This document shows positions 9,097-18,315 of a DNA stretch of 32,000 bases, in pieces. Source of the stretch: Tannockella kyphosi (GTDB lineage Bacteria > Bacillota_I > Bacilli_A > Erysipelotrichales > Coprobacillaceae); the NCBI RefSeq assembly GCF_021054785.1, contig NZ_CP088239.1, positions 1,050,001 through 1,082,000 on the forward strand, written 5' to 3'. The first letter of the stretch is position 1, and every line of letters begins with the position of its first letter. The notes below the pieces were generated by a model. It had not been told where the DNA came from and did not search any database. It was given only the letters and a program-made list of their open reading frames with translations. A program made the position numbers and the translations under genes.

Positions 9097-10167
9097 TTAA
9101 CTAATAATTAATAAATCTTTTGGATACTCATTTAAAACAATACAACCATCTGGTGTAACCATTACTAAATCCTCTATACGAACACCTAAATTATCTTGTA
9201 AATAAATACCTGGTTCAATAGAGAAAATCATACCGGGTACTACTTCAATATCAAAAGTACTTGCTACATCACCAAATTCATGACATTCTCTTCCAATAAA
9301 ATGTCCTAAACGATGTGTAAAATACTTTCCATAACCAGCTTCTTCAATCACATCTCTAGCTGCTTTATCAATATCACAAAGCTTTACTCCTGGTTTAATC
9401 ATAGCAATAGCAGCTAAATTAGCTTGCTTTACTGTTTCATAAACCACTCTAGCTTCCTCGCTAACTTCTTTATAAAAAACAGTACGAGTCATATCACTAC
9501 AATAATCCATAAACACACAACCGATATCTAAAATAATACTATCCCCCACTTGTGGTAAAGATTCATCTGTTACATGATGCGGATTTGCTGCATTTTTACC
9601 AAAGGCAACAATTGGACTAAATGAAAATTCACTAGCTCCTTTTTCTGTATAAAAACTAAGCAATTCACTACTAACTTGTTTTTCATTATAATCTTTCGCA
9701 CATAAACTAATAGCATGATGCATTGCTTGATCATTAATTTTACTTGCTTCTTGCATTACTACTTGTTCATCAATATCTTTAACCATACGAACACAATCAA
9801 TAAAGATAGATCCATCTACAAATTCAATTTTACTACATTGTTTTTGTAATGGTAATAAGAATCTTGCAGGCCATGATTTATCAACACCTAAAACCAATAC
9901 ATCTTCTAAATAAGAAGCTAATAATGCTGTTTTATCTTCATTATCACTATACCATACTAAAGAAGCATCAATTGGTTGATCAACAAAGAACATTTTATTT
10001 AAAAACAAAGTTAAAGAACCATCTTTCTTAATTAATAATACATATAATCTTTCACCAGGATGATTTTTATATCCTAATAAATAATCAATTGCATACATAT
10101 CACTAATAAGACAAGCATCTACACCCTCACTATTCATAATACGTGTTACTTTTTCAACTCTATTCAT
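9097..10167 (-). CDS. M24-family Xaa-Pro peptidase (aminopeptidase P / prolidase-like)
   Basis: Creatinase-like N-domain plus pita-bread metal ligands (DIGCVFMDYCSDMTRT, HRLGHFIG, EPGIY, RIEDLV). The preferred start is ATG 10167, overlapping the aspS stop (ATGAATAG), with SD AGGTGA. Confidence 0.85.
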   Translation of the reverse strand: MNRVEKVTRIMNSEGVDACLISDMYAIDYLLGYKNHPGERLYVLLIKKDGSLTLFLNKMFFVDQPIDASLVWYSDNEDKTALLASYLEDVLVLGVDKSWPARFLLPLQKQCSKIEFVDGSIFIDCVRMVKDIDEQVVMQEASKINDQAMHHAISLCAKDYNEKQVSSELLSFYTEKGASEFSFSPIVAFGKNAANPHHVTDESLPQVGDSIILDIGCVFMDYCSDMTRTVFYKEVSEEARVVYETVKQANLAAIAMIKPGVKLCDIDKAARDVIEEAGYGKYFTHRLGHFIGRECHEFGDVASTFDIEVVPGMIFSIEPGIYLQDNLGVRIEDLVMVTPDGCIVLNEYPKDLLIIS

Positions 10168-11917
10168 GATGATCACCTTTTATACAAATTCCTAATTCCT
10201 CTAATTGTTCCACACTGACATCTCCTGGAGCTTTTGACATTGGACAAGTAGCACTTGCATTTTTAGGAAAAGCAATAACATCACGTAAAGAATCACTACC
10301 TGTAAGTAACATTGCAATACGATCTAATCCTAATGCAAAACCACCATGAGGAGGTGTTCCATATTGGAATGCATCAACAAAGAATCCGAATTGTTCTTTA
10401 ATTTGTTCTTCACTAAATCCTAATGCTTTAAACGCTCTTTCTTGTAAAGATTGTTCATAAATACGTTGTGAACCACCACCTAATTCAAAACCATTTAAAA
10501 CAATATCATAAGCATCTGCTAAACAATTTGCTGGATCACTTTCAATTAAATCAATATGATCATCTAATGGTCTAGTAAATGGATGATGTTTTGCATAGTA
10601 ACGAGCTGTTTCTTGGTCATATTCAAACATTGGGAAATCTACAACCCATAAGAATGCATAAGTTTCAGGGTCATATAATGATAATTCTTTTCCTAAATGA
10701 TTACGTAATGCAGCCAATGAATCACAAACAACATCATAACTAGGATCACCTACAAATAATAATAAATCATTATCATTTGCTTCCATTTTATGAAGTAATC
10801 TAGTCATTTGTTGTTCATCAAAGAATTTAGCAATAGGACCAGTAGCTACTCCATTTTCAACTTTTAACCAAGCCAATCCTTTGGCTTTGTATGTTTTTGC
10901 AATATCTGTTAATTTATCTAATGCCTTACGAGAATAATTTCCTGCTTGACCAATCACATTAATCCCTTTTACATAACCATTGTTATCTAAAGCATTTTTA
11001 AATACCATAAAATCAACATCTTTTACTGTTTCATTTAAATTTACTAATTCTAATCCAAAACGAGTATCTGGTTTATCAATTCCAAATCTTTCCATGGACT
11101 CATGCCATGTTAAACGAGGTAAAGGTAATTCTAAATCAATTCCTTTTACATCTTTCATAATTTTAGACATTAAACCCTCACCAATCGATAAAATCTCATC
11201 AGTAGACATAAATGACATTTCCACATCCACTTGTGTAAATTCAATTTGACGATCTGCACGTAAGTCTTCATCTCTAAAACATTTTGCTATTTGATAATAC
11301 TTTTCAAAACCAGCAACCATTAATAATTGTTTAAATAATTGAGGTGATTGTGGCAGAGCATAAAATTGTCCAGGATGAACGCGTGAAGGAACTAAGAAAT
11401 CTCTGGCACCTTCAGGAGTCGATTTATTAAATACTGGTGTTTCTACGTCTACAAAATCCAAATCATCTAAATAACGACGAACTGATTTTGTGATTTCATG
11501 GCGTAACATTAATTTTTTTTGTAAAACAGGTCGTCTTAAATCTAAATAACGATACGCTAATCTAGTTTCTTCTAAAGCATCTGTTTCATCTGCAATAATT
11601 AAAGGAGTTACATTGGCAGTATTAATAATATTAATAGCATGTGCTTCTATTTCAATATCTCCTGTTGGCATATTTGGATTTTTAGATGTTCTTTCAATTA
11701 CTTTTCCAACTACATGGAGAATAAACTCATTTTTAATTTCTCTACCTAATTCTTCCATCGATTCATTTAAAATAATTTGTGTAATACCATAACGATCACG
11801 TAAATCAATAAAAACTAGAGAACCTAGGTTTCTTTTTTTCGCAACCCATCCTTTTAGTTCAACTACTTCTCCAATATTTTCAATACGTAATTGTCCATTA
11901 TTATGTGTTCTATTCAT
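10160..11917 (-). CDS. aspS: Aspartate--tRNA ligase
   Basis: OB-fold N-domain (GWVAKKRNLGSLVFIDLRDRYG) and class II motifs (FRDEDLRADRQ.EFTQ, GGGSQRI, GLDR). The preferred start is ATG 11917 (SD GGGGAAG), overlapping the hisS stop. Confidence 0.95.
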   Translation of the reverse strand: MNRTHNNGQLRIENIGEVVELKGWVAKKRNLGSLVFIDLRDRYGITQIILNESMEELGREIKNEFILHVVGKVIERTSKNPNMPTGDIEIEAHAINIINTANVTPLIIADETDALEETRLAYRYLDLRRPVLQKKLMLRHEITKSVRRYLDDLDFVDVETPVFNKSTPEGARDFLVPSRVHPGQFYALPQSPQLFKQLLMVAGFEKYYQIAKCFRDEDLRADRQIEFTQVDVEMSFMSTDEILSIGEGLMSKIMKDVKGIDLELPLPRLTWHESMERFGIDKPDTRFGLELVNLNETVKDVDFMVFKNALDNNGYVKGINVIGQAGNYSRKALDKLTDIAKTYKAKGLAWLKVENGVATGPIAKFFDEQQMTRLLHKMEANDNDLLLFVGDPSYDVVCDSLAALRNHLGKELSLYDPETYAFLWVVDFPMFEYDQETARYYAKHHPFTRPLDDHIDLIESDPANCLADAYDIVLNGFELGGGSQRIYEQSLQERAFKALGFSEEQIKEQFGFFVDAFQYGTPPHGGFALGLDRIAMLLTGSDSLRDVIAFPKNASATCPMSKAPGDVSVEQLEELGICIKGDHHE

Positions 11918-13184
11918 GTTCTTCCCCACTTTCATGATCTTCAATATAACTTAAAATATCTTCTAACTTAACAACCGATTGGTGTTTTGATACCGTACAT
12001 TTTATATTTACTACTTCATTTTCTACTTCTTCTTGTCCTAAAATCATTGCAAAATGAGCTTTATTACGATCAACAGACTTAAACATCGCCTTCATTGAAC
12101 GATCTTGATAATCCATATCCGCACTATATCCATTTGCTCGTAACATTGTGATAATTTGTACTGCTAAGTCTTTTGCTTCTTTTCCTAAAGGCATAAGATA
12201 AACATCAAGTCCACTTTCTTCTTCAATAGAAGCATCCATTGCAATTAAAAGTCTTTCCATACCAAAAGCAAACCCTACTCCTGGGGCATATGGACCACCA
12301 ACTTCTTCCACTAATCCATTATAGCGACCTCCGCCACCAACCGTAGAACCAGTTCCTAATCTAGGATCATCACTAATGATTTCAAAAACTGTATGACAAT
12401 AATAATCTAAACCACGTACTAAATTATCATCAATAACATAATCAATTTCTAAATCATCTAATAAACTACATACTGTACTAAAATGTTCTTTTGCTTCTTT
12501 ACTTAAGTAATCTCTCATTTTAGGTGCAGAATCCATTAATGGATGATTTTTATCTACTTTACAATCTAATATACGCATTGGATTTTTTTGGTAACGAGTC
12601 TTACAATCATGGCATAGTTCATCAATGCATGGTTCAAAGTGTTTCATTAAAGCATTTCTATGTAATTCTCTAGAAGCATCATCACCTAAAGAATTAATAT
12701 GTAATTTTACATTTTGAATACCTAATGCTTCTACTAACGTAATTGCTAGTGTCATACATTCAACATCTACATAAGGAGATTCTAATCCGATCATTTCTAC
12801 TCCAAATTGATGAAATTGTCTTTGACGTCCATTTTGAGGACGTTCATAACGGAACATTGGTCCCATATAATATAATTTTTGTAATGTTTCAGGATTGCTA
12901 TATAACTTATTTTCCACATAACTACGAGCTACACCAGCAGTTCCCTCTGGACGAAGTGTGATACTACGACCTTTTTTATCTTGAAATGTGTACATTTCCT
13001 TTGAAACAACATCTGTCGTATCTCCAACAGCACGACAAAATAGTTCTGTGTGCTCAAAAATTGGTGTACGAATTTCTTGGACATTGTAATACGAACACAC
13101 GGTACGAATTAATTGTTCTAACGATTGCCATTTTGATGAAGTAGTTGGCAAAATATCTACTGTTCCTCTTGGGGCTTTATACAT
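11910..13184 (-). CDS. hisS: Histidine--tRNA ligase
   Basis: MYKAPRGTVDILP..., LRPEGTAGVAR, YYMGPMFRYERPQNGRQRQFHQFG and GGGRY...GVGFAFGMERL are HisRS class II motifs. SD AAGGAGGAAA lies upstream. Confidence 0.95.
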   Translation of the reverse strand: MYKAPRGTVDILPTTSSKWQSLEQLIRTVCSYYNVQEIRTPIFEHTELFCRAVGDTTDVVSKEMYTFQDKKGRSITLRPEGTAGVARSYVENKLYSNPETLQKLYYMGPMFRYERPQNGRQRQFHQFGVEMIGLESPYVDVECMTLAITLVEALGIQNVKLHINSLGDDASRELHRNALMKHFEPCIDELCHDCKTRYQKNPMRILDCKVDKNHPLMDSAPKMRDYLSKEAKEHFSTVCSLLDDLEIDYVIDDNLVRGLDYYCHTVFEIISDDPRLGTGSTVGGGGRYNGLVEEVGGPYAPGVGFAFGMERLLIAMDASIEEESGLDVYLMPLGKEAKDLAVQIITMLRANGYSADMDYQDRSMKAMFKSVDRNKAHFAMILGQEEVENEVVNIKCTVSKHQSVVKLEDILSYIEDHESGEEHE

Positions 13185-13203
13185 TTTATTTCCTCCTTAA
13201 AAT

Positions 13204-13417
13204 ATAAAAACGTCCTTATAAGAAAGGACGTCATTAACGCGGTACCACCTTTATTCATGAATAAAATTCATGCACTTATTATTATAACGCATTACCGTTT
13301 ATCCCTACTATTTTCAAGATAACTCCTCATAAGTGTCCCATGATATTTTAATCAATACTCTCACCAACCGTATTGTCTCTACTAATAAAATAATCATTTA
13401 ATCTTATTCACTGGATT
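13204..13417 (-). promoter_or_regulatory. T-box riboswitch leader of the hisS-aspS operon (specifier region GACAC)
   Basis: On the minus strand the promoter has TTGATT (13452..13447), 17 nt, then TATAAT (13429..13424). Leader elements are AGUAGAGAC and GGUGAGA. The specifier region is AUCAU-GGGACAC-UUAUGAGGAG, with GAC at 13337..13335 and CAC at 13335..13333. The T-box core is GGUGGUACCGCG (13249..13238). The terminator is GACGUCCUUUCUUAUAAGGACGUUUUU. Confidence 0.9.
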
Positions 13418-13455
13418 TATTTGATTATAGTTGATTTTAGTGAAAAAATCAACGA

Positions 13456-15678
13456 TTAATGAATAATTCTGTTTACTTCATAAATACCTTGTATTTGTTT
13501 TAAACTAACCTGTGCCTCTTTAAAACTTTCAAAACTTTCTACTGAAATTTTCAAAGTAATAATAGCTTTCATATCTACTACTTCTGCATGAATATTTAAA
13601 ATATTTGTTTTTGCTTGTCCTAAAACAATTAATACATCATTTAATAGATTTGGACGATCCAATCCTCTTACTTCTACATCAATATCAAATCTTTTTGACT
13701 GAACAGAAGCATGATCCCAATATACCTCAATTAAACGATCTTTAATACCTGGTTGATTCACATTTGGACATTCCTTACGATGAATTTTAATTCCCTGTCC
13801 TTTTGAAACAAAACCAACAATTTCATCACCAGGAATAGGATTACAACACTTTGATAATTGTATCTTTAATCCACTAACTCCTTTTACAACAACAAAACTA
13901 TTTGTATTACCAGCATGTTGTTTTAGTTGAGCCTCCGTATTTCTTTTTAACATTTTTGATAAACCATCAAAAATATTTCCTTTTTTAGGAGCAACTTTAT
14001 CCAATAAAGTCATGCAAGTTAATGATTTACGTCCTAAAAAATATAAGATATCATCAAAACTCTTTGCACCAAAAGCTCCAAAATATGTTTTATACGTATC
14101 TGGATCAAGAAATATCTTTTCATCCAACTCACGTTTTCTTAATTCTTCTTTTAAAACTTTACGACCTTCCTCTATTGTATCTTTTTTAGTTTCGGCTTCT
14201 TTATTCGCATAGAATTGACGGATTTTATTTCTAGCACCGGCAGTTCGAACAAACTTTAACCAATCTTCACTAGGTCCAGAGGAAGCTTTCGATGTTTTAA
14301 TTTCTACAACATCACCAGTAATTAGTTTTGTATCTATTGGAACCATTACATTATTAACTAAAGCCCCTACCATTTTATTACCTACTTCGCTGTGAATACG
14401 GTATGCAAAATCAACTGGTGTTGCAAAATTAGGAAGTTCCACAATTTTTCCTTGTGGGGTTAATACATAAACATTGGCTTCAAAAATATCACGCTTTAAA
14501 GAATCATAATACTCTTTGGCATCCCCATCTTTAATATCTTCACTTAAAGAAATAAATTCACGTAACCATTGTAATTTCTCACCAATTTCTTGTTGTTCTG
14601 TTTTTGATGAGTATCCTTTGTTTTCTTTGTAACGCCAATGTGCTGCAACGCCTAATTCAGCTAATTCATCCATCTCTTGGGTACGAATTTGAATCTCAAA
14701 AGTATTTCCACTCTCTCCAATAATAGAAGTATGCAAAGACTGATACATATTTGGTTTAGGCATTGCAATATAGTCTTTAAAACGTCCTGGTAATGGTCGG
14801 TAGGCATCATGAATAACCCCTAAAACACTATAACAATCTAATTTATTTTTTGTAATAATACGTAACGCATTTAAATCATATAATTCATCAAAACGTTTGT
14901 TTTTAATATACATTTTTTTATAAATACTATAGATAGATTTTGCTCGTCCAACTATTTTAAAGTCTTGGACTGTTTCTTCCAGAAGATGTTGAACCGATTC
15001 TAACATTTTTTGAATGCTTTCTTTTCTTTCTTCTTGATTTTTTTCTAATAAGAACGATATTTCACGATAGGCAATAGGATCTAAATAAGACAAACTAATA
15101 TCTTCTAATTCTAATTTAATATCACTAATACCCAAACGATGGGCAATAGGAGCATATACTTCTAAAGTTTCTCTAGAAATCTTCTTTTGTTTTTCTGGTG
15201 TCATGAATTCTAAAGTACGCATATTATGTAATCTATCTGCAAACTTTATTAAAATAACACGAATATCTTTTGCCATTGCAATATATATCTTACGGTGATT
15301 TTCTGCATATGCATCCATTTCTTCTTTGAAATTCATTTTGTTGATCTTAGTTACACCTTCAACTAACTCTCTAATTTCAACACCAAATAATGCATCCATT
15401 TCTTCAGGAGGAACATCACAATCTTCCATTACATCATGCAATAAACCAGCTGTAATCGTACTTGGTCCTGTTTGCAACGTTGCTAAAATATAAGCAACCC
15501 ATAACAAATGAATGGTATATGGTTCCCCACTTTTTCTCTTTTGCGTTGCATGCTTTTCCATAATGAAATCATGCGCCTTAATAATCAAATCAATATTATC
15601 TTGGTTCGTAACATATGTTTGAACAACCTCTAAGATATCATCTAATGTAATAACATCTCCTGCTTTTTTTATTTCCAT
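13456..15678 (-). CDS. relA: Bifunctional (p)ppGpp synthetase/hydrolase, RSH family
   Basis: 740 aa with an HD hydrolase domain (HLLWVA..., LLHDVMED), a RelA/SpoT synthetase domain (YRPLPGRFKDYIAMPKPNMYQSLHT, EIQIRT), TGS and a C-terminal ACT-like region. It follows recJ-apt as in Bacillus. Confidence 0.95.
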   Translation of the reverse strand: MEIKKAGDVITLDDILEVVQTYVTNQDNIDLIIKAHDFIMEKHATQKRKSGEPYTIHLLWVAYILATLQTGPSTITAGLLHDVMEDCDVPPEEMDALFGVEIRELVEGVTKINKMNFKEEMDAYAENHRKIYIAMAKDIRVILIKFADRLHNMRTLEFMTPEKQKKISRETLEVYAPIAHRLGISDIKLELEDISLSYLDPIAYREISFLLEKNQEERKESIQKMLESVQHLLEETVQDFKIVGRAKSIYSIYKKMYIKNKRFDELYDLNALRIITKNKLDCYSVLGVIHDAYRPLPGRFKDYIAMPKPNMYQSLHTSIIGESGNTFEIQIRTQEMDELAELGVAAHWRYKENKGYSSKTEQQEIGEKLQWLREFISLSEDIKDGDAKEYYDSLKRDIFEANVYVLTPQGKIVELPNFATPVDFAYRIHSEVGNKMVGALVNNVMVPIDTKLITGDVVEIKTSKASSGPSEDWLKFVRTAGARNKIRQFYANKEAETKKDTIEEGRKVLKEELRKRELDEKIFLDPDTYKTYFGAFGAKSFDDILYFLGRKSLTCMTLLDKVAPKKGNIFDGLSKMLKRNTEAQLKQHAGNTNSFVVVKGVSGLKIQLSKCCNPIPGDEIVGFVSKGQGIKIHRKECPNVNQPGIKDRLIEVYWDHASVQSKRFDIDVEVRGLDRPNLLNDVLIVLGQAKTNILNIHAEVVDMKAIITLKISVESFESFKEAQVSLKQIQGIYEVNRIIH

Positions 15679-15703
15679 GATTTATCCCTCCTTTTCATAT
15701 TAA

Positions 15704-15724
15704 AAAAGAGAGATTCTCTCTTTT
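15704..15724 (-). terminator. Terminator-like hairpin between apt and relA
   Basis: The minus-strand RNA AAAAGAGAG-AAU-CUCUCUUUU is followed by UUAAU. It overlaps the apt stop codon and ends about 25 nt before the relA ATG. Confidence 0.5.
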
Positions 15725-16241
15725 AATATTTTAATAATGAATGTACGTTATACCCTTTTAACTTATCAATACCATGCAAAGCTTCTAACTCAATTAAGAA
15801 TGCGATACCAACAACATTCCCACCTAGTCTTTCTATCAAATGAATAGTTGCTTCAACAGTTCCACCTGTAGCTAATAAATCATCTACTATGATAACATTT
15901 TGACCTGGACGAATACTGTCTAAATGAATCGAAACTTCATTAGAACCATATTCTAAATCATATTTTTCATCCACTGTTTCTCTTGGTAATTTGCCAGGTT
16001 TTCGTACAGGTACAAATCCTGCTTCTAAATTATAAGCTACCGGACATCCAAATAAGAATCCTCTTGCTTCAGGTCCTGTAACAATATGAATCTCTTCATT
16101 TAATGATTTAGCCCATTCAACAAATTCATCAATTGTTGCACGATAAGCATCCTTATCTTGCATTAAAGGTGTTACATCTCTAAACAAAATTCCTTCACTA
16201 GGAAAATCTTGAATTGCTGCAATATACTTTGTTAAATCCAT
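15723..16241 (-). CDS. apt: Adenine phosphoribosyltransferase
   Basis: 172 aa with FRDVTPL and the PRPP-binding motif [13 protein letters not shown]. Confidence 0.95.
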   Translation of the reverse strand: MDLTKYIAAIQDFPSEGILFRDVTPLMQDKDAYRATIDEFVEWAKSLNEEIHIVTGPEARGFLFGCPVAYNLEAGFVPVRKPGKLPRETVDEKYDLEYGSNEVSIHLDSIRPGQNVIIVDDLLATGGTVEATIHLIERLGGNVVGIAFLIELEALHGIDKLKGYNVHSLLKY

Positions 16242-16297
16242 TTGTACTTCCTCCTATTTATATGAGTTATTATAACAAATTTTACTTATAAATAAAA

Positions 16298-17929
16298 CTA
16301 AATAATTGCCTCTAAAATCATATTTATAGACTGTTTTCCTAAAAATTCATTGATTTGTAGAGTTCCAATAAAGTTTGCTTGTTTTAAAGTTAAATATTCA
16401 TTTAATTTGTTTCCAACATTAAAATATAAAGCATCTATTTTTTGTCCATTGAATTGGAATGTGAATTTACAATGTTTTCCAGCACTTAATGTAATAACTT
16501 GATCTATTTGTATATTTTCTAAAGCATAAATAACTTCTAGATTCCCTTGACCTGTTGGTTGTAATGCTTCTAATTGTCTAATAGCTTGTATTGTTAAATC
16601 ATTTTGATCTATTGCAATTACTTCTTTATTTGCTTTTGGCATGATTGGACAATGTTTTATAATGGAACTTTCAATTGCTTGTTGTAATAAAGCTAAATTT
16701 TCTTTTTTAACACTAAAACCACCAGCTAATTGATGCCCTCCAAAACCTTCTAAATATTCTTTTGTTTCTTCAAAGATAGTTGTTAAAGGAATCTCTTTAA
16801 TTCCTCTTGCACTTCCTTTATAAATATTACTTGCTTTATCATAATGCATAACAAAACTAGGTCGATAATAATCTCTTGTGTACTTACCAGCAATTAAACC
16901 AATAATCCCAATATGAATATCTTTATCATAACTAAATAAACAATAATCACTTGCATCTTGATTTACAAGTTTATATTGACTATTGGTAAGTTGTTGTCTT
17001 TGACTATTTATTTCGATTGCTTTTTTACTAATAGATTCGATTAGTTCTTGAGAAGCATCTAAAGCAAAGAAGGGAATTAATTTATTGGGACTAATTATTT
17101 CACACAAACGTCCAAAAGAATTTATTTTAGGAGCAATAGTAAAACCAATAGTTTGGACACTATATTCTTGTTTTTCTCCTTTTAGAGCTTCTAATGCAGG
17201 ATATTTATTTTCTTTCATAAACTGCAATCCTTGTTTCACTAAAGCTCTATTTTCATCAAACATCGGCATCATATCACTAATTGCTGTAACACTAGCTAAA
17301 CTATATAAATATTTATCATGTTTGCCAAGCAGGGCACAAGCAAGTTTATACGCTAAAAATCCTCCAGAAATTTCTTTGAATGGATAGTTTGGTGAAAGCT
17401 TTGTATGTAAAACACAAAAAGCATCTGGTAAATCACTATCAAAACTATGATGATCACTAATAATAACATCTACCCCACACTCATTAGCCATTTCAACAGC
17501 CTCAAAGGCTTTTACACCATTATCAACTGTAATAATTAATTGATATCCTTTTTGTGCCATTTGACTCACACGATAAGCTGTAATCCCATAGCCATCACTT
17601 ATACGATCAGGAATATAATATCCAACTTGTACCCCACGTTGTTTAAATGCTTCCACCAAAATAGTAGTCGCTAATATTCCATCACAATCATAATCTCCAT
17701 AAATACAAATACGTTCCTTATTCAAAATAGCTTCTTCTATTCTCTCTAAAGCATCACTTGATTCTTCTAATAAAGAATAATCATGATAAAGAAACTTTGG
17801 TTTTAAAAAGCTTTCTACTGTTTTATCATCCAACTGTTTATATGCGAATACTTTTGCAAGTAAGGAATGAATACTAAATTGTTGCATATAGTGTAAATGG
17901 TTGGTTGGTTTTATTATTTTATATTCCAT
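16298..17929 (-). CDS. recJ: Single-stranded-DNA-specific exonuclease RecJ (short form)
   Basis: DHH motifs (ICIYGDYDCDGI, ITVDNG, ISDHH) and DHHA1 (GGHQLAGGF). The preferred start is ATG 17929 with SD AGGAGGA. The track's 22-codon extension lacks an SD and overlaps the upstream gene. Confidence 0.85.
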   Translation of the reverse strand: MEYKIIKPTNHLHYMQQFSIHSLLAKVFAYKQLDDKTVESFLKPKFLYHDYSLLEESSDALERIEEAILNKERICIYGDYDCDGILATTILVEAFKQRGVQVGYYIPDRISDGYGITAYRVSQMAQKGYQLIITVDNGVKAFEAVEMANECGVDVIISDHHSFDSDLPDAFCVLHTKLSPNYPFKEISGGFLAYKLACALLGKHDKYLYSLASVTAISDMMPMFDENRALVKQGLQFMKENKYPALEALKGEKQEYSVQTIGFTIAPKINSFGRLCEIISPNKLIPFFALDASQELIESISKKAIEINSQRQQLTNSQYKLVNQDASDYCLFSYDKDIHIGIIGLIAGKYTRDYYRPSFVMHYDKASNIYKGSARGIKEIPLTTIFEETKEYLEGFGGHQLAGGFSVKKENLALLQQAIESSIIKHCPIMPKANKEVIAIDQNDLTIQAIRQLEALQPTGQGNLEVIYALENIQIDQVITLSAGKHCKFTFQFNGQKIDALYFNVGNKLNEYLTLKQANFIGTLQINEFLGKQSINMILEAII

Positions 17930-17963
17930 ATATATCCTCCTAATAAAAAAAGTTGCACTGCAA

Positions 17964-18245
17964 CTATTTTGAAATAAAATCTTTAAAATCCTCAAGTTTA
18001 AGATTTTTTGCTTCTTTAATTACTTGAACACTTAAGAATCCAAATAAATCAGAAAAACCTAAACCCATTATATCATCCACGATTGCACACATCGGCATTT
18101 TATCAAGATCATTCCATTTCACTGTAAACAAATATTCTTTTATTTGTTTTTCAGTAATACCTTTATGTGACTCTTTTCTAAGTTGTCTTGCTTTTAAACG
18201 AATAAGGTGATCAAAATCCCCTTTATTAAACGTACTACCTTCCAT
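17964..18245 (-). CDS. Small ComN/YrzD-like post-transcriptional regulator candidate
   Basis: About 93 aa. ITEKQIKEYLFTVKW...IVDDIMGL...FL resembles the ComN family pattern. Its position between recJ and a divergent spoVB-like gene mirrors Bacillus. The preferred start is ATG 18245 (SD GGTGGGGTGA). Confidence 0.45.
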   Translation of the reverse strand: MEGSTFNKGDFDHLIRLKARQLRKESHKGITEKQIKEYLFTVKWNDLDKMPMCAIVDDIMGLGFSDLFGFLSVQVIKEAKNLKLEDFKDFISK

Positions 18246-18315
18246 TACTATCACCCCACCAACATCAAAGCTATTTATATTATATGACAAAATACGCTAT
18301 AAAGGAAGAGTTTTT

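Noticed and set aside
16298-17995. RecJ looks short (about 543 aa versus the longer Bacillus protein), which raised the possibility of truncation
   Set aside because: The DHH and DHHA1 motifs are complete, and the ORF ends cleanly with a downstream promoter for apt. Short RecJ forms lacking the C-terminal extension are common, so this is not evidence of decay.
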